From the NCBI GenBank assembly GCA_951406725.2, contig OX597828.1, positions 15,748,001 to 15,812,000 on the forward strand: a stretch of 64,000 nucleotides of DNA, written 5' to 3'. Positions within the stretch are counted from its first letter, which is position 1; each line of letters begins with the position of its first letter. The translations under genes and the position numbers were made by a program. The stretch comes from Octopus vulgaris (Eukaryota). Shown here piece by piece: positions 14,233-27,808 of the stretch. The notes under the pieces were generated by a model. It was given only the letters and a program-made list of their open reading frames with translations. It searched no databases and was not told the origin of the DNA.

Positions 14233-14635
14233 ACTCTTACTCTTTTACTTGTTTCAGTCATTTGACTGCGGCCATGCTGGAGCACCGCCTTTAATCGAGC
14301 AAATCGACCCCGGAACTTATTTTTTTGTAAGTCCGGTACTTATTCTATCGGTCTCTTTTGCCGAACCGCTAAGTAACGGGGAGATAAACACACCAGCATC
14401 GGTTGTCAAGCAATGCTAGGGGGACAAACACAGGCACACAAACATATACACACACACTTATATATATACATATATACGACAGGCTTCTTTCAGTTTCCGT
14501 CTACCAAATCCACACACAAGGCATTGGTCGGCCCGGGGCTATAGCAGAAGACACTTGCCCAAGATGCCACGCAGTGGGACTGAACCTGGAACCATGTGGT
14601 TGGTTAGCAAGCTACTTACCACACAGCCATTCCCT
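14233..14635 (-). mobile_element. SINE family A copy flanked by ~68-bp direct repeats
   Basis: TATGTATGCATACATGTATATTTATGTAAGTATAAATACATATTTATGTCTATATA... occurs at ~14164-14232 and again at ~14639-14707. Confidence 0.85.
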
Positions 14636-14714
14636 AGCTATATGTATGCATACATGTATATTTATGTAAGTATAAATACATATTTATGTCTATATATATA
14701 TATATATCACCTTA

Positions 14715-14781
<67 letters not shown>

Positions 14782-14814
14782 CCGTATTAATTTATAATTA
14801 TATATATATAAAAC

Positions 14815-15485
14815 CCTTGCTACTATAGGTACAAGGCTCGAAGTTTTGGGATCGGGCTAGTTACATCGATCCCAGTACGTAGCTTGTACTTATTTCATGG
14901 ACTACAAAAATATGGAAGACAAAGTCGATCCCTGAGGAATTTGAACTGGCGGACGAAATACTGCTAAGCATTTTGTCCGGCGTGTTCACGATTCTTCCAG
15001 TTACCCGCCTTGTTTAATAATGGTTTTAAATTTTGCCACAGAAACAGCAGTTTATTTATTATTTTTATTTTTTTCCTGCCTTAGTGGAAGGGAAAGTCAA
15101 TTATATCGAACCCAGTACTTGCCTGATACTTATATTGTCGACCCCGAAAGGATGAAAGACTAAGCGAACCTTAAACTTCGGCGGAATTTGAACTCAGAAC
15201 ATAAAGACGAACGAAATACCGCTAAGCATTTTACACACCGTATTAACGATTCTACCAGCTCGCTACTTTATTTAATAATCCTTTCTACTAAAGGCACAAG
15301 GCTTGAAATTTGAGGAATAGTCAAATTACATCGACCCCAGTGCTCAACTGGGACTTATTTTATAAACTCCGAGAGGATGTAAGGTAAAGTCGACCCCAGC
15401 GAAATTTGAACTCAGAACATGAAAACGGACGAAATGCCCCTAAGCATTTCACCCGGCGTGCTAACGCTTCAGCCAGCTCGCCGCT
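14815..15485 (-). mobile_element. Three tandem diverged SINE family B copies
   Basis: The motif GAATTTGAACT(CAGAAC)...GACGAAAT...CTAAGCATTT...CCAG(C/T)T recurs at ~14940, ~15185 and ~15405. Confidence 0.7.
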
Positions 15486-15511
15486 TTACTTTCATTAATG
15501 ACAATAATAAT

Positions 15512-15947
15512 GGATCTTTTCGGTTTGACAGGCAGTTTTTTCTAGCGGTGTCATATGAAATTGTCACCCATAATTATGACCCTAGTATCGATCTATTGCA
15601 TTTCAATCTGTTTTAGGGTTAGGGTTAGGGCTAGGGTTGGAGTTTGAGGTGGGGGGAAGGGTATCTTTTTTTCTTCACAAATGTAAATAAACCCAATCTG
15701 TTTCTTAAACGAGGGACATATTCATACGGCACAGAATGTTCTTTACCTCATTAGACGTCAGTGATTGGTTGAAATAGCAGAAATTGAAGAAAAAAAAACA
15801 ACAAATATCTTACAAACTATAGAATTTTCTCAATAAAGCCAAGAGAAAAAGATGTTTTATAAACACATTCTACCAGTATACGAAGTTTAAAATTGTTTAG
15901 TTACCTAGAAATTATGTTAAAAACTGCCGTTCAAACCGAAAAGATCC
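15512..15947. mobile_element. MITE (Merlin-like), intact copy with TTAGGG repeats
   Basis: TIRs GGATCTTTTCGGTTTGA.. / ..TCAAACCGAAAAGATCC. Perfect 8-bp TSD ATAATAAT (15504-15511, 15948-15955). Internal TTAGGGTTAGGGTTAGGGCTAGGG at ~15613-15637. Confidence 0.85.
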
Positions 15948-16695
15948 ATAATAATGATTATAAAATATTTAATTCACTCTCAGAATTATTTTTGAGATCT
16001 TTATTCTATGTGACCAGACATAGCTTCTTTTGAATTTGTCGCTGCCTGGGATAACGATAATTATATAAATATTATAGACGGGTTTATACATATTGACAGT
16101 TTGGTTACTTGGTTATAACGCTTGCTTTCCAACTGAATGGTTTCCGGTTCAGTCCCATTGCGCAGCGGTGCCTTTGGTAAGTGCTTTCTACTACTGCCCT
16201 AGACCGACAAATACCTTGTAAGTGGATTCGGTAGACGGAAACTGTATGGAAACCTGTCACATGTTTGTGTGTTTGTTTCCTTACTTCTTGATAACTGGCA
16301 TTTGGTTGTTTACGTCTCCATAACTAAGCCGTTCAGCCAAAGGGACCGATAGAATAAGTACCCGTCTGAAAAGAATAAATACTTCAGTCGTTTTACTCGA
16401 TTTAAACTCTTCAAGGATCCAGGGAGGCCGCAGTACAATGATTGAACAAGTGTAACATGCATGCGCACCTTAGATATGTCGGCAGGTGCACTATAGCCGA
16501 ATGCTAAGAAATCCACTTCGCGACCACCAGAGATCCTGGTTTCGATCTCATTTCACGACATCTTGCTTGGGTACATGTCATTTTCTATATCCTGTTGTTA
16601 GTGAAATCGGGAAAACGGGAGCTTACACATTGATTCACGTGCGGCTTATTGAGTTTATTGAACAGTGGATTAGAAATCTTAGAACGACGGAGATC

Positions 16696-16768
<73 letters not shown>

Positions 16769-16807
16769 GTATATATTTATACAGACATATATTTATATCT
16801 GTATCTA

Positions 16808-16910
<103 letters not shown>

Positions 16911-16956
16911 GTATATATGTATATTTTATGCATAATAAACAGACGAAGGACGAATA

Positions 16957-16999
<43 letters not shown>

Positions 17000-17037
17000 A
17001 CATGTATTACACAGACACACACACGCACACACACACA

Positions 17038-17090
<53 letters not shown>

Positions 17091-17216
17091 CATTGGTATA
17101 TTGGTGGTAATCTACTTTCCGAATCTCTCCAGATGACAGTTACAATAGAAAATTATAAATCAGTATATATTATCACAGGTAATCTTAGTTACAAAGAAAC
17201 ACTATTTTTCGCTTAA

Positions 17217-17425
17217 CCCGCTGGCATTTGAATCAGCCATGTCAGATCCAAATATTCTAACTGCTCTATGTTGAAACCGAGTAGATCTAGCCTGTCGCAC
17301 CTACCCGACAATGTCATTCTAAAAATAACCACGTCATCGAAAACTACAACACAATGCAGTATTAATTGAAAACAATGTCAATAGATAAGCATTACATTTG
17401 ACAGGGTAATTTAAATGCTAGGGGG
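17217..17425. mobile_element. piggyBac-like MITE
   Basis: TTAA|CCCG...GGGG|TTAA ends; an inverted homologue lies at 56356-56539. Confidence 0.65.
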
Positions 17426-17882
17426 TTAAGTACCCTGTGGATTGAAAGAAGGCACAATTTCCAAATTCATTTATACAAGCCGTTTGTCATACGGGATATA
17501 GGGATTTAGATATGTGTAAATATTGTACACGGTTAGGAAGAGGGCACTCATTTGTTCTCCTTAATACACGTACTTACAGAATTGAAGATTGTTATCGTCG
17601 ATATAAAAGCTGAAGAGGGTTTTTCGAAGAATATCGTGCATGTTTTTTTTCTGCTATCAATTTCTCAAAAAAGAAAGAACAAAAGTGTACATGCTCCTAC
17701 ACAAACCTACATCACTATAATAAAATCACCAGAATGAATAAAGGGTTCAGTGCAGTTCCCTTATGATTAACAGGCGAACGGTTGGGCCAGGCATACCAAA
17801 AGTGCTCGATAGATAAAGGTAGAGTTTGTATAGCTTTATCAATCGTGTGAATAATCGGAAGCGTGATACGCAAAGTAACGAT

Positions 17883-17972
17883 TTCTTCTTCTTCTTCTTC
17901 TTCTTCTTCTTCTTCTTCTTCTTCTTCTTCTTCTTCTTCTTCTTCTTCTTCTTCTTCTTCTTCTTCTTCTTC
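17883..17972. repeat. (TTC)n trinucleotide microsatellite, ~30 units
   Basis: Seen directly in the sequence. Confidence 0.95.
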
Positions 17973-18038
17973 ACATGTGTATGTGCATCTGTCTGTCTGT
18001 CTGCCTCTCTCTCTCTCTGTCTCTCTCTCTGTCTCTCC

Positions 18039-18070
<32 letters not shown>

Positions 18071-18559
18071 ATCTATCTATCTATCTATCTGTCTATCTAT
18101 CTACACACACGTGTATTTATATATATATATATATACACACATATGCATATACAAATACACACACACACATATAATGTATGTGTATATAAGCACACACACA
18201 AATATTACTTACCTTATCTGGCGGTGTAGAGGTTGCTATTTTTTCTTTAAAAAGTTTTGAAAATCTAGTGTTTTTTTTTTTCATGAAGAACATTTGAATC
18301 TTAGATGAGGAATACCTCTCTACGAAACTTACCATACTATTAAATAAATAAATAAATAAAAAAAGTGAATAAAACGAACAATCCCTACGAAAGTATGCAG
18401 GCAGGATTTAGGTGTTTCTAACCTACTTAAGAAGCAACTTGAGAAAGTGTTGTCAGCCGAGTGTTCTATTCTTCCTTGTTCAAAAGTTTTTCACGTCAAA
18501 TTTTGGGTGCATATTGGAGAGTCCTCAATACCAGGCTGTACGGTGTGCATGCGCGTGTG

Positions 18560-18612
<53 letters not shown>

Positions 18613-18729
18613 ATATATATAAGGCGTCGAAATAGGGATAACTAATGAAAGATGAGAGTGTCTATGTACGTTTTGTGTGTTTTCCTGTTTTCTGTACGTT
18701 CCTTTATCGCCTTCCTGCGCCACATTCTA

Positions 18730-18765
<36 letters not shown>

Positions 18766-18927
18766 TTATATTAAGGGCATACAATGCCTCACGCTACGAG
18801 GGACTCTTAAAGTCAAAACTACCATAATACCAAAACTTTCTCCTTGTTGTTACCTCACACGTCTTCGTTTTTTGTTTTCTGTGAATTTGAACTATATATA
18901 TATATATATGTGTGTGTGTGTTTGTGT

Positions 18928-19018
<91 letters not shown>

Positions 19019-19024
19019 CAGACG

Positions 19025-19212
19025 CAGGCGTGACTGTGTGGTAAGACGCTTGCTTCCCAACTACGTGGTTCTAGGTTCAGTTCCACTTCATGGCACCTTG
19101 GGCAAGTGTCTTCCACTATAGCCTAACCCCAGGCCGACCAAAGCCTTGTGAATGCATTTGGTAGACGGAAACTGAAGGAAGTCAGTTGTATATATATATA
19201 TATGTATATGCA

Positions 19213-19299
<87 letters not shown>

Positions 19300-19317
19300 T
19301 GTATGTATGTATGTATG

Positions 19318-19352
<35 letters not shown>

Positions 19353-19545
19353 ATGTCATTGTCTGTGTTTTTCCCACCACCGTCGCTTGACAACCGATGC
19401 TGGTGTGTTTGTGTCCCCGTAACTTAGCGGTTCGACAATAGAGACCGATAGAATAAGTACCAAGCTTACAAAAAATAAGTCGTAGAGTCGATTTGTTCAA
19501 CTAAAGGCGGTGATCCAGCATGGCTGCAGTCAAATAACTGAAAAG
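19025..19545 (+). mobile_element. SINE family A copy with expanded internal microsatellite
   Basis: Head GCAGGCGTGACTGTGTGGTAAG, internal (TA)/(ATGT) tract, and 3' part ...GCATGGCTGCAGTCAAATAACTGAAA. Confidence 0.85.
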
Positions 19546-19554
19546 CGACTCTAC

Positions 19555-19649
<95 letters not shown>

Positions 19650-20129
19650 TGTATGTATGTGTGTGTGTGTATACATAAGTATATATGCATAAATTATATT
19701 TCATATGAGAAATCCCGACCAATTTATCGTAGTAACCCAAAATAAAAAAGAAATTATACCATATCTGGCGAATTGTTTTCTCGGCAACATAGTCTCTACT
19801 GCGAAGAACTGAGAGTGGAAACGTCTGGCCATGTTGTATGGAAACGGTGAACTGACTATTACATACAAGTCAGGCACACTCGCAGACACTCAAAGACATA
19901 TAATGTATATCATATATATATTACATAAATATATGCGACTGTATATAGACACAGATAGATGCACATACAAGCATATGATATATAATATATATATATGTAT
20001 ATATATACATATATATATCATATATTTTATATATATGTGAACCAAATATATATCTATATATCCATCTTGCTTTCTCTGCATCGTGTCCTTATATATATAT
20101 ATAAACTTAGATAAGCTTAGGCATGTTTC

Positions 20130-20380
20130 GATCAAAGATTGGTCCGGGACATGTCTAAGTTAATAGTACCACCTGATAGGATTATCTAAATCCTTTTTAA
20201 GTCAGGTTTTGTGGTATCATGGTCCATTCAGGTAGTGAGTTCTTGTTGAGTGAGTTGTATTCAGGGGATAGGTGGCTTATCTGGGGTTCCTTGAAGAAAT
20301 TTGTCCAGACTCCGTTTAAAGGTGATGGGATCCTTTTCCTCTTTGATCAGTTTTGGGATAATGTTAAATAGGACAGGATC
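20130..20380 (-). mobile_element. CR1-type LINE 3' fragment (ORF2 C-terminus + 3'UTR)
   Basis: The minus strand translates to PVLFNIIPKLIKEEKDPITFKRSLDKFLQGTPDKPP, the LFNxLP...FKxxLDxxL..PD pattern of CR1/L2-group ORF2 ends. Its 3'UTR is homologous to ~21470-21520. Confidence 0.75.
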
Positions 20381-20455
20381 TGTTGATACATACACACATA
20401 CACATATATACATATATTTGTATATACATGTTATGCATATATATGTATGTTATGT

Positions 20456-20499
<44 letters not shown>

Positions 20500-20705
20500 G
20501 GAGTATTCGCGTTGCAAGCACAGACCTGCCGAGGGTCGATGGAATAAAACAACAGTTAAGTACTGAGGTAATATAACTGTTGTACCTAAATTAGAAAATA
20601 TAATTATATTAGGCATAATTACGTACTTAAAAATATTTTTAAAATAGTATATATATGATATGATATGATATGAGATATATATATATATATGTATATATCT
20701 ATATC

Positions 20706-20737
<32 letters not shown>

Positions 20738-20775
20738 TGTATGTATATATATATGTATGTATGTATGCATGTATG

Positions 20776-20823
<48 letters not shown>

Positions 20824-20974
20824 GTGTATGCATATATGTCGTGTATAAATCTATATATTTATCTACATACATGCATATTATGTCAAAAAATCTATCTATC
20901 TATATACATATTATGTGTGATAACTGTCATTTATATTTTATACATATATATATGAATAGATAGATATAAAATTT

Positions 20975-21525
20975 TAAAAATATTTTGTTTTGCCCACTGT
21001 GGTCCCCCACCCCATTCGAAACCACTCATTATGAAAGTAGAAACACTCCAAAGGTCCATAACAAGAAAGATAGACGGCGTGAGAGGCATTCATTATTGGG
21101 GTTGACTTAAAAAGACTCAATCTCTACTCTCCGCAACGCCGCCGGGAGCGCTACATCATTTGTGTGATGTGGGAAATATTCCATCAATGTTGCACAAATG
21201 ATGTTGGCATCAATTTTAAAATCCATCCAAGTCTTGGCCCCCGCGTTATCCGACCGCTACAAAAATCGAACTCGGTACACATAGCGACGTCACAATTACT
21301 TTACCTCAACTGGTCCAGACACGGATCCCATAAAATTCAAATGTTCACTGGACAAATTTCTTCAAATAATCTCGGACTTACCTCCTACACCCATATATAT
21401 ATCCAACAATAATGACTCTTTGTTAGAGTGGGCTATGGTGCCCCATATATGACTAAAAGACTTCACCAAGTGGTGCTATTAAGTCAGACACGACCCGAGC
21501 CTATACTGGTCGAAACCTATCAAAA
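20975..21525 (+). mobile_element. CR1-type LINE 3' fragment, degenerate ORF2
   Basis: With stops and frameshifts it reads CPLWSP...VETLQRSITRKIDGVRGIHYWG*LKRLNLYSPQRRRERYII...DPIKFKCSLDKFLQIISD. This is the classic CR1 ORF2 C-terminal signature. Confidence 0.85.
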
Positions 21526-21561
21526 TTTATATATACGTATTTATGTATGTATGAAAGTGTG

Positions 21562-21593
<32 letters not shown>

Positions 21594-21722
21594 ACGGGAA
21601 GCTTTATGAAAATAGACAAAAGACGAAGGCAGGTTTACGGAAATAAACAAAAGACGAAGGCAGGTGGAATACAAACAAACAAGTGTATTAGTATGGCGCT
21701 CAGGAAATATAAATAAAACAAG

Positions 21723-21760
21723 TCTTTAACGTTTCGAGCCTACGCTCTTCAACAGAAAGA
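21723..21760 (-). ncRNA. Minimal type I hammerhead ribozyme-like fold (Penelope-like element fragment)
   Basis: Minus strand: UCUUU CUGUUGA A GAGC guag GCUC GAAA CG UU AAAGA. Stem I is 5 bp, stem II 4 bp, stem III a palindromic ACGU; A6U core variant. Confidence 0.6.
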
Positions 21761-22368
21761 TACACAGAGAAAAAACACAGAAAGAAGCAGAGAAAAAAAA
21801 TATGCGTGCAGGGATTATGTATATATAATCAAAATATGAAAGCAAAGAAAGAATTTAGCACATCTTCAATCACCAGTGACAATTGTTTCTCTAACACTGT
21901 GTTTTTAAGGCCATTGAACGCAAGAACTTAATGTGAAAAGTTTCGTAATATTTGCGGTTTTAAACACTAGAATTCCACTTCCTTCGGGTTGCATCTTCCC
22001 TTGACCATAGATTGGTTTTTTTTTACTGATGTGACACCTGGATCTTCTATACCTGAGGGATTTCGAGCTTTCTTAAGGCTACAATTAAAGAATTGTAGAT
22101 ATCCTGAAGCCCGAGTTGATGGCTATTTTGGAAATATCCTGTCTTTCTACCCATTCCAAGACCATTTTGATATATAATGCACACACGGAACTTGCGTGAT
22201 AGGCCTCATACATAAAGTTCTAATCAAGTTTTATGACGAAGACCACGGTACCCATTGTAAATCTATCTATTTCTCTGTAACTTAACCGTGGTATTGACAC
22301 GTGCAGATATGTAGCTATAGTTGCATCTAAAAACACAAGTGAAACAAAATGTACACACTTGAATAGCA

Positions 22369-22413
<45 letters not shown>

Positions 22414-22510
22414 ATCCAAACAAGAAAACAAAAAAACACAACAACGCGAGGACGTGGAACAAATATAGTATTATTGGACGCTCAGGAAAGAAGGGAAGGG
22501 AAGAAGGAGG

Positions 22511-22545
22511 GTTTAACGTTTCGAGCGGAGCTCTTCGTCGGAAAC
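22511..22545 (-). ncRNA. Minimal type I hammerhead ribozyme-like fold
   Basis: Minus strand: GUUU CCGACGA A GAGC ucc GCUC GAAA CG UU AAAC. U4C core variant with an extra A after A9. Confidence 0.65.
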
Positions 22546-22615
22546 ATAGGAGAAGGAAAGATCCAGAGAAGGGAAAACAGAGGGAAAAAAATCGCCAACG
22601 GTACACACGAGGTCA

Positions 22616-23033
22616 TCCAGAAATCTTTCGTCACACATCTGTGACCTCTTCATCAACACTTTCCGTCTTCGTCTGTGCTATTGTTCTGCTTATTCCACAC
22701 ACACATGTATGTATGTGTATAAAATTTACCTATATATCTATCACTCTTTCTAACTATTTATATATATATATATATATATAACAGAGTTATTGAGATTATC
22801 AATCCGGGCAAAATGCTCCATAAGCTCTCTGTTAGTACACCAGTCAAACAATATTGTTGAAATTAGTATTCTTGCGGGAGGGTCCGAGGTTATAGTTCAT
22901 TACCCTTCTGTATTGTAAATATAATCTGTTCCAGTTATACAGGTTTTTTAATCAGAGTGATATACAAGACATGGCATAAATAATAGTCATTCCATATCTG
23001 TCTTTATTGTAATAAATTTGACTATTTATGCAT

Positions 23034-23085
<52 letters not shown>

Positions 23086-23400
23086 GATTTTGTGTTGCAA
23101 GATTCCTGATGTGAAGTCGTGTGTTGAAACAGGTATTGTTGTATTTTGGGATGGTAATTTTCTTTTTTCTTTTTTTTTTACCAAATATTCGTTCTTCATT
23201 CGTTTATTACTGTTCTTATTCTAACTCACGTCCGCTGTCCAGAAATCTTTCGTCACACATCTGTGACCTCTTCATCAACACTTTCCGTCTTCGTGTGTGC
23301 TATTGTTCTGCTTATTCAACACACACACACACACACATGTATGTATGTGTATAAAATTTACCTATATATTTATCACTCTTTCTAACTATTTATATATATT
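22616..23400. repeat. ~165-bp direct repeat pair (pseudo-LTR-like), ~22616-22780 and ~23238-23400
   Basis: Near-identical TCCAGAAATCTTTCGTCACACATCTGTGACCTCTTCATCAAC...CTCTTTCTAACTATTTATATA blocks, each ending in (TA)n. Confidence 0.85.
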
Positions 23401-23786
23401 TATGTATATAAGGCAATTGTGCATTTCAGGTATTTTGAGTCGGTTTACCCTCAGATGATTACGCTGACATTTTCTTTATATACTGACATTCAATGTCCAT
23501 TCACTCTGTTTATTTCTTTTACGTAGACATTGGTCATAGCACTATTAATTGCCTATTCGTTGTTGAGCACTCGGACTGAATATATAACTCGATGACATTA
23601 AGTCGGGCGTATACCTTGTGAGGTTTATTAAGTCTTATTATATCACACATGCGCGCACTCACTCTTACACGCATACACATATATACACGCACACACACTA
23701 TCATATATGGTCATATGTTTATATACACACATACACAGGTTTTTGAAAATATCAATATCAGTATATATATATATACATATATATAT

Positions 23787-23847
<61 letters not shown>

Positions 23848-23947
23848 CATACATAATACATACATACATACATACATATATATATATATAGTCATAACTG
23901 GTGTTTTATAAATGGTTGTGTACAAATAGTGTTATATTTTTCTATAA

Positions 23948-24010
<63 letters not shown>

Positions 24011-24012
24011 AT

Positions 24013-24352
24013 ACTCTTTTACTTGTTTCAATCATTTGACTGTGGCCATGCTGGAGCACCACCTTTTAGTCGAGCAAATCGACTCCAGGACTTATTCTTT
24101 GTAAGCCTAGTACTTTTCCTATCGGTCTCTTTTGCCGAACCGCTAATGTTACGGGGACGTAAACTCACCAGCATCGGTTGTCAAGCGATGTTGGGGGACA
24201 AACACAGATGCACTAACATATACACACACATACATATACATATATATATATATACATATATACGACGGGCTTCTTTCAGTTTCCGTCTACCAAATCACTC
24301 ACAAGGCTTTGGTCGGCCCGAGGCTATAGTAGAAGACACTTGCCCAAGGTGC
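24013..24352 (-). mobile_element. SINE family A copy, 5'-truncated
   Basis: Homologous to 137-536, ending at ...ACTTGCCCAAGGTGC. Confidence 0.85.
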
Positions 24353-24395
<43 letters not shown>

Positions 24396-24464
24396 TTACA
24401 CACATGCACATACTTATATATCTCTCACCCTTTCCATCTTATCTTTCGCTGTTTGTGTTCGTGT

Positions 24465-24501
<37 letters not shown>

Positions 24502-24817
24502 CGTGTATGCGTGTAATGTGCGCTTTTTTTTTCTTATTGTACTTAAAACCTAAGTGCTCAATACAAACTTATAGCCAGCGTTGAGTATAGTGTTTCTATG
24601 ATAGTGCTAACTTGTTATTTCACAGCCAGACTTAAAACTTTCATACGAGCAGCCTTGGATGACCGACTGCGCGCGCGCAAACACACACACACACGCACAA
24701 AGTTACGCATACACGTACACACACGCGGGTGCGCGCGCGCACACTCACACACACACACACAGTTGTATGGACGTGAGTTGAATGAATATGCCTATAGCAT
24801 GTAAATATATTTATATG

Positions 24818-24861
<44 letters not shown>

Positions 24862-25639
24862 TGTAAAGCATTTATAGCATGCTTGTTAATGTGTGTGTAT
24901 GTGTGTGTGTGTTCTCGCTCTTTTTTACCCTTTCTTTCTTTCTCTTTTTCTCTCTCTCTCTCTCTTTCTCTCTGTATGCCTCTGTGAGCGTGCGTGTGCG
25001 TGACTACGTATGCATGCATAGAGAACAACGTAATGTAGTCGGCAGATATGCAGATACATACATACATACATACATACATACATTATATATATATATATAT
25101 TTATATATATGTATATGTATATATATATAGGGACAAATTGCGGAACAGTTGATAGATAGAGAAATAGCGTGAGAGAAAGAAAAAGAGAGAAAAATCAGTA
25201 GATGAATAGAGAGAAAAACGCAGACCATGAAAATATTATTATTACATATGTGATACCGATAAAGACATTTATATTCGTAGGCGAGTTGTTGAAGAATATA
25301 ATAGAGTGGTTGCCTAGCTACAAATAGATGATGTACGTTTGCACTGTAAAGTTAAATGTACCATAATTGTTATTTTCTCTTGTAATAGTGAAAATTTTCA
25401 CACGCGCCTGCGCCCGTCTCTGGGTATTTTGAAATATCCGTAATATTTTCAGTGGAAACTACGAGATCGTTTGAAGTAGATTTTCATTGAAATAAATTCG
25501 ACATTATATGGTAATATATAGAGGGGAAAAAAAAGAGAAATTAAGAAATTATTTGTTAATTAGTTAGTTTTCTCATGTAGAAATGTTAATGATAATTATC
25601 TCTGAATATTTTTTTGCACTAACTAGCTAGTCTCAAAAT

Positions 25640-25740
<101 letters not shown>

Positions 25741-27704
25741 AGACACGTGTGTGTATATGTGTATGGATGTATATATGTATATATATAAGCAAATATAAGA
25801 AATATATATGTATATATATAAATGTACGCATGTATGTGTGTGTGTGTGTGTTAAAGAGGCAAATTGGTTTGTAGAAATGTTCGTGGTGATCTTTGCTGAA
25901 TGTTATTAGCAGTGTTCAATAAAGTGAAATAGGATCGATCCTATATTGAAACCGGGTTGCGTTCACTACTCTTAACTACAGTCAGAATTCATCACACCCA
26001 ATATAATAAAACGATATTTCTCCATCGGTAGTTTATTGAAATGAAGCAATATTTTTCTTGTTTTAATCGACCAAAATATTCTATTAATTCTTCTCACGCA
26101 TCGAGTGTTGTTTAGTTGAAGTTTCAATGTCATTGAAATTATTTCTATTCCAACGAAAATGTACATATGTAATTTTATTCACTAAATGCGCAGCTGTTTT
26201 CGATACATAGATCATTTAACAGATATTTATTTATGTAAATTGATGATTATTGAAAAGAAAGAAGAAAAAAAAACTGTCGGAAAATTACATTTAAACGTAT
26301 CAATTTACAAATGCAGTGTTCAGTCCGAGGTCATTTTAAGAACTATATTTATTTATCTCTAAAGTTATTTAATTTTGGACATGAAATAATCTGGTTTAGT
26401 TTTGATAATGTTAACTATTTCGGTTGAAAAGCGTTACACGATTCAGTAGCAAAATGATAATTTCAATGAATACTAAATAATGAACTTTGTCTTGTAGCCT
26501 CTATTGTATTAACTAGTATTTTCTTGTCTTTTTTTTAAACACAACCTTACATACATATACACATACCTTCACTTCTTTCCAGTAAAAAGTATGTTATGCG
26601 TAAAATGAATCGATTGTTAATGATAACATTTAAATAAAAAGCTAAAAGTAACAGAAAAGTGAAGCAAGTTAAATTTTGTTTTCATTATATTAATTCCACC
26701 CAGGAGCGACTATTTAAACAAACTTTTAAAATATTTAAATGAGTACAAACAGTTTAAATTCTTTTTTTCTTACTGTTCAATGGGCTCATCATCCACTAAG
26801 CTTATTTTATTATGCAGTATGGAGTTGTTTAACGATTTTGTTTCGAATTCGCTTCGCTGTTGCAGGGAAAATTACTCAAAGGACTGACAATTCTAGTTTA
26901 TTTGTCGTTTGGATTACATCGTTAAGGTGAATATTTTCACGAGAACCATTAACAACACGAGCAAAAATAACAACTATTGCAGAAAAAAAACAAAAAAACT
27001 CATTCTGAATGTAGACTCGAAGGAAGAAAAATAGCGCTGCTGATATTAAGATAATTAAAAGATTCTCCATATTTCTATAAAAGCGAATTTTCCCATCGGA
27101 AAATATTCGTATATCAATTTTTAATTGAATCGGTCTTAGTTTAACCATTCTAATTTTATATTTGTTTCAATTACCGACTCGTTAATCTGTGCATCAGACT
27201 TTATCATTAACCATCTATGCTTCTTTGAAATAATAAAGCTAAGCTAAAGATAATTTACAAACCCATTTATTAAGATCACTTTGAATATTATCATTATTAT
27301 ATTATTATCATCATCATCATTATTATTATATCGCAATAATAAATAAGCCAGGCCCTCCTTTTAGCTAATTGATCGTCTTCCTTCTCTAACTTCATACATC
27401 TCCCTACCACGAAAACTCATAATTCTATCACCCAATCAACGCACAACTACATCGCCGATATTACATTACCGTGCCATTGGTCTTCCATAGTTACGATATA
27501 AGAGAGGAGGAGGACGAGGGGGGAACACAAAAAAAAAAGAAAAATATTTTTGCTTTTTCTCTCTCCTTCTTCATCCACCCATCTACTTACACTCTTACTC
27601 TTTCTTTATCTCTCCTTCTCCCTCTCTCTTCTTCGCCTTTAGTCTTTCCCTCCACTCGCGCTCTCTTGCTCACTCCCTCTGTTTTCTTCGTCAGGTTCGG
27701 GTTT

Positions 27705-27736
27705 TGCGCATGCGTATTCAGTCCGTTGCCATTTTG
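27705..27736 (+). promoter_or_regulatory. Core promoter candidate: NRF1 site + Initiator + YY1 site
   Basis: TGCGCATGCGTA (27705-27716, 11/12 match to the NRF1 palindrome), TCAGT Inr (27718-27722) and GCCATTTTG (27728-27736, YY1 reverse). It follows a pyrimidine-rich tract in a SINE-poor, CpG-retaining region. Confidence 0.65.
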
Positions 27737-27758
27737 TTCAGTATTGCTTCTCATTCAG

Positions 27759-27808
27759 ATGGAGTTGAGTTTCTCCGTTCAACGATGGACGACGGAAAAA
27801 ACTGTCAG
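27759..27808 (+). CDS. Candidate first exon coding part (MELSFSVQRWTTEKTV, phase 2) of an unidentified gene; may instead be 5'UTR
   Basis: ATG at 27759 and donor CAG|GTAGCA at 27809. The phase-2 end joins in frame with the open frame of exon 42910-42984. Confidence 0.4.

Noticed and set aside
19795-19832. CTGCGAAGA...GAAACGTC hammerhead-like motif
   Set aside because: The core spacing and stem I do not fit; too degenerate to call.
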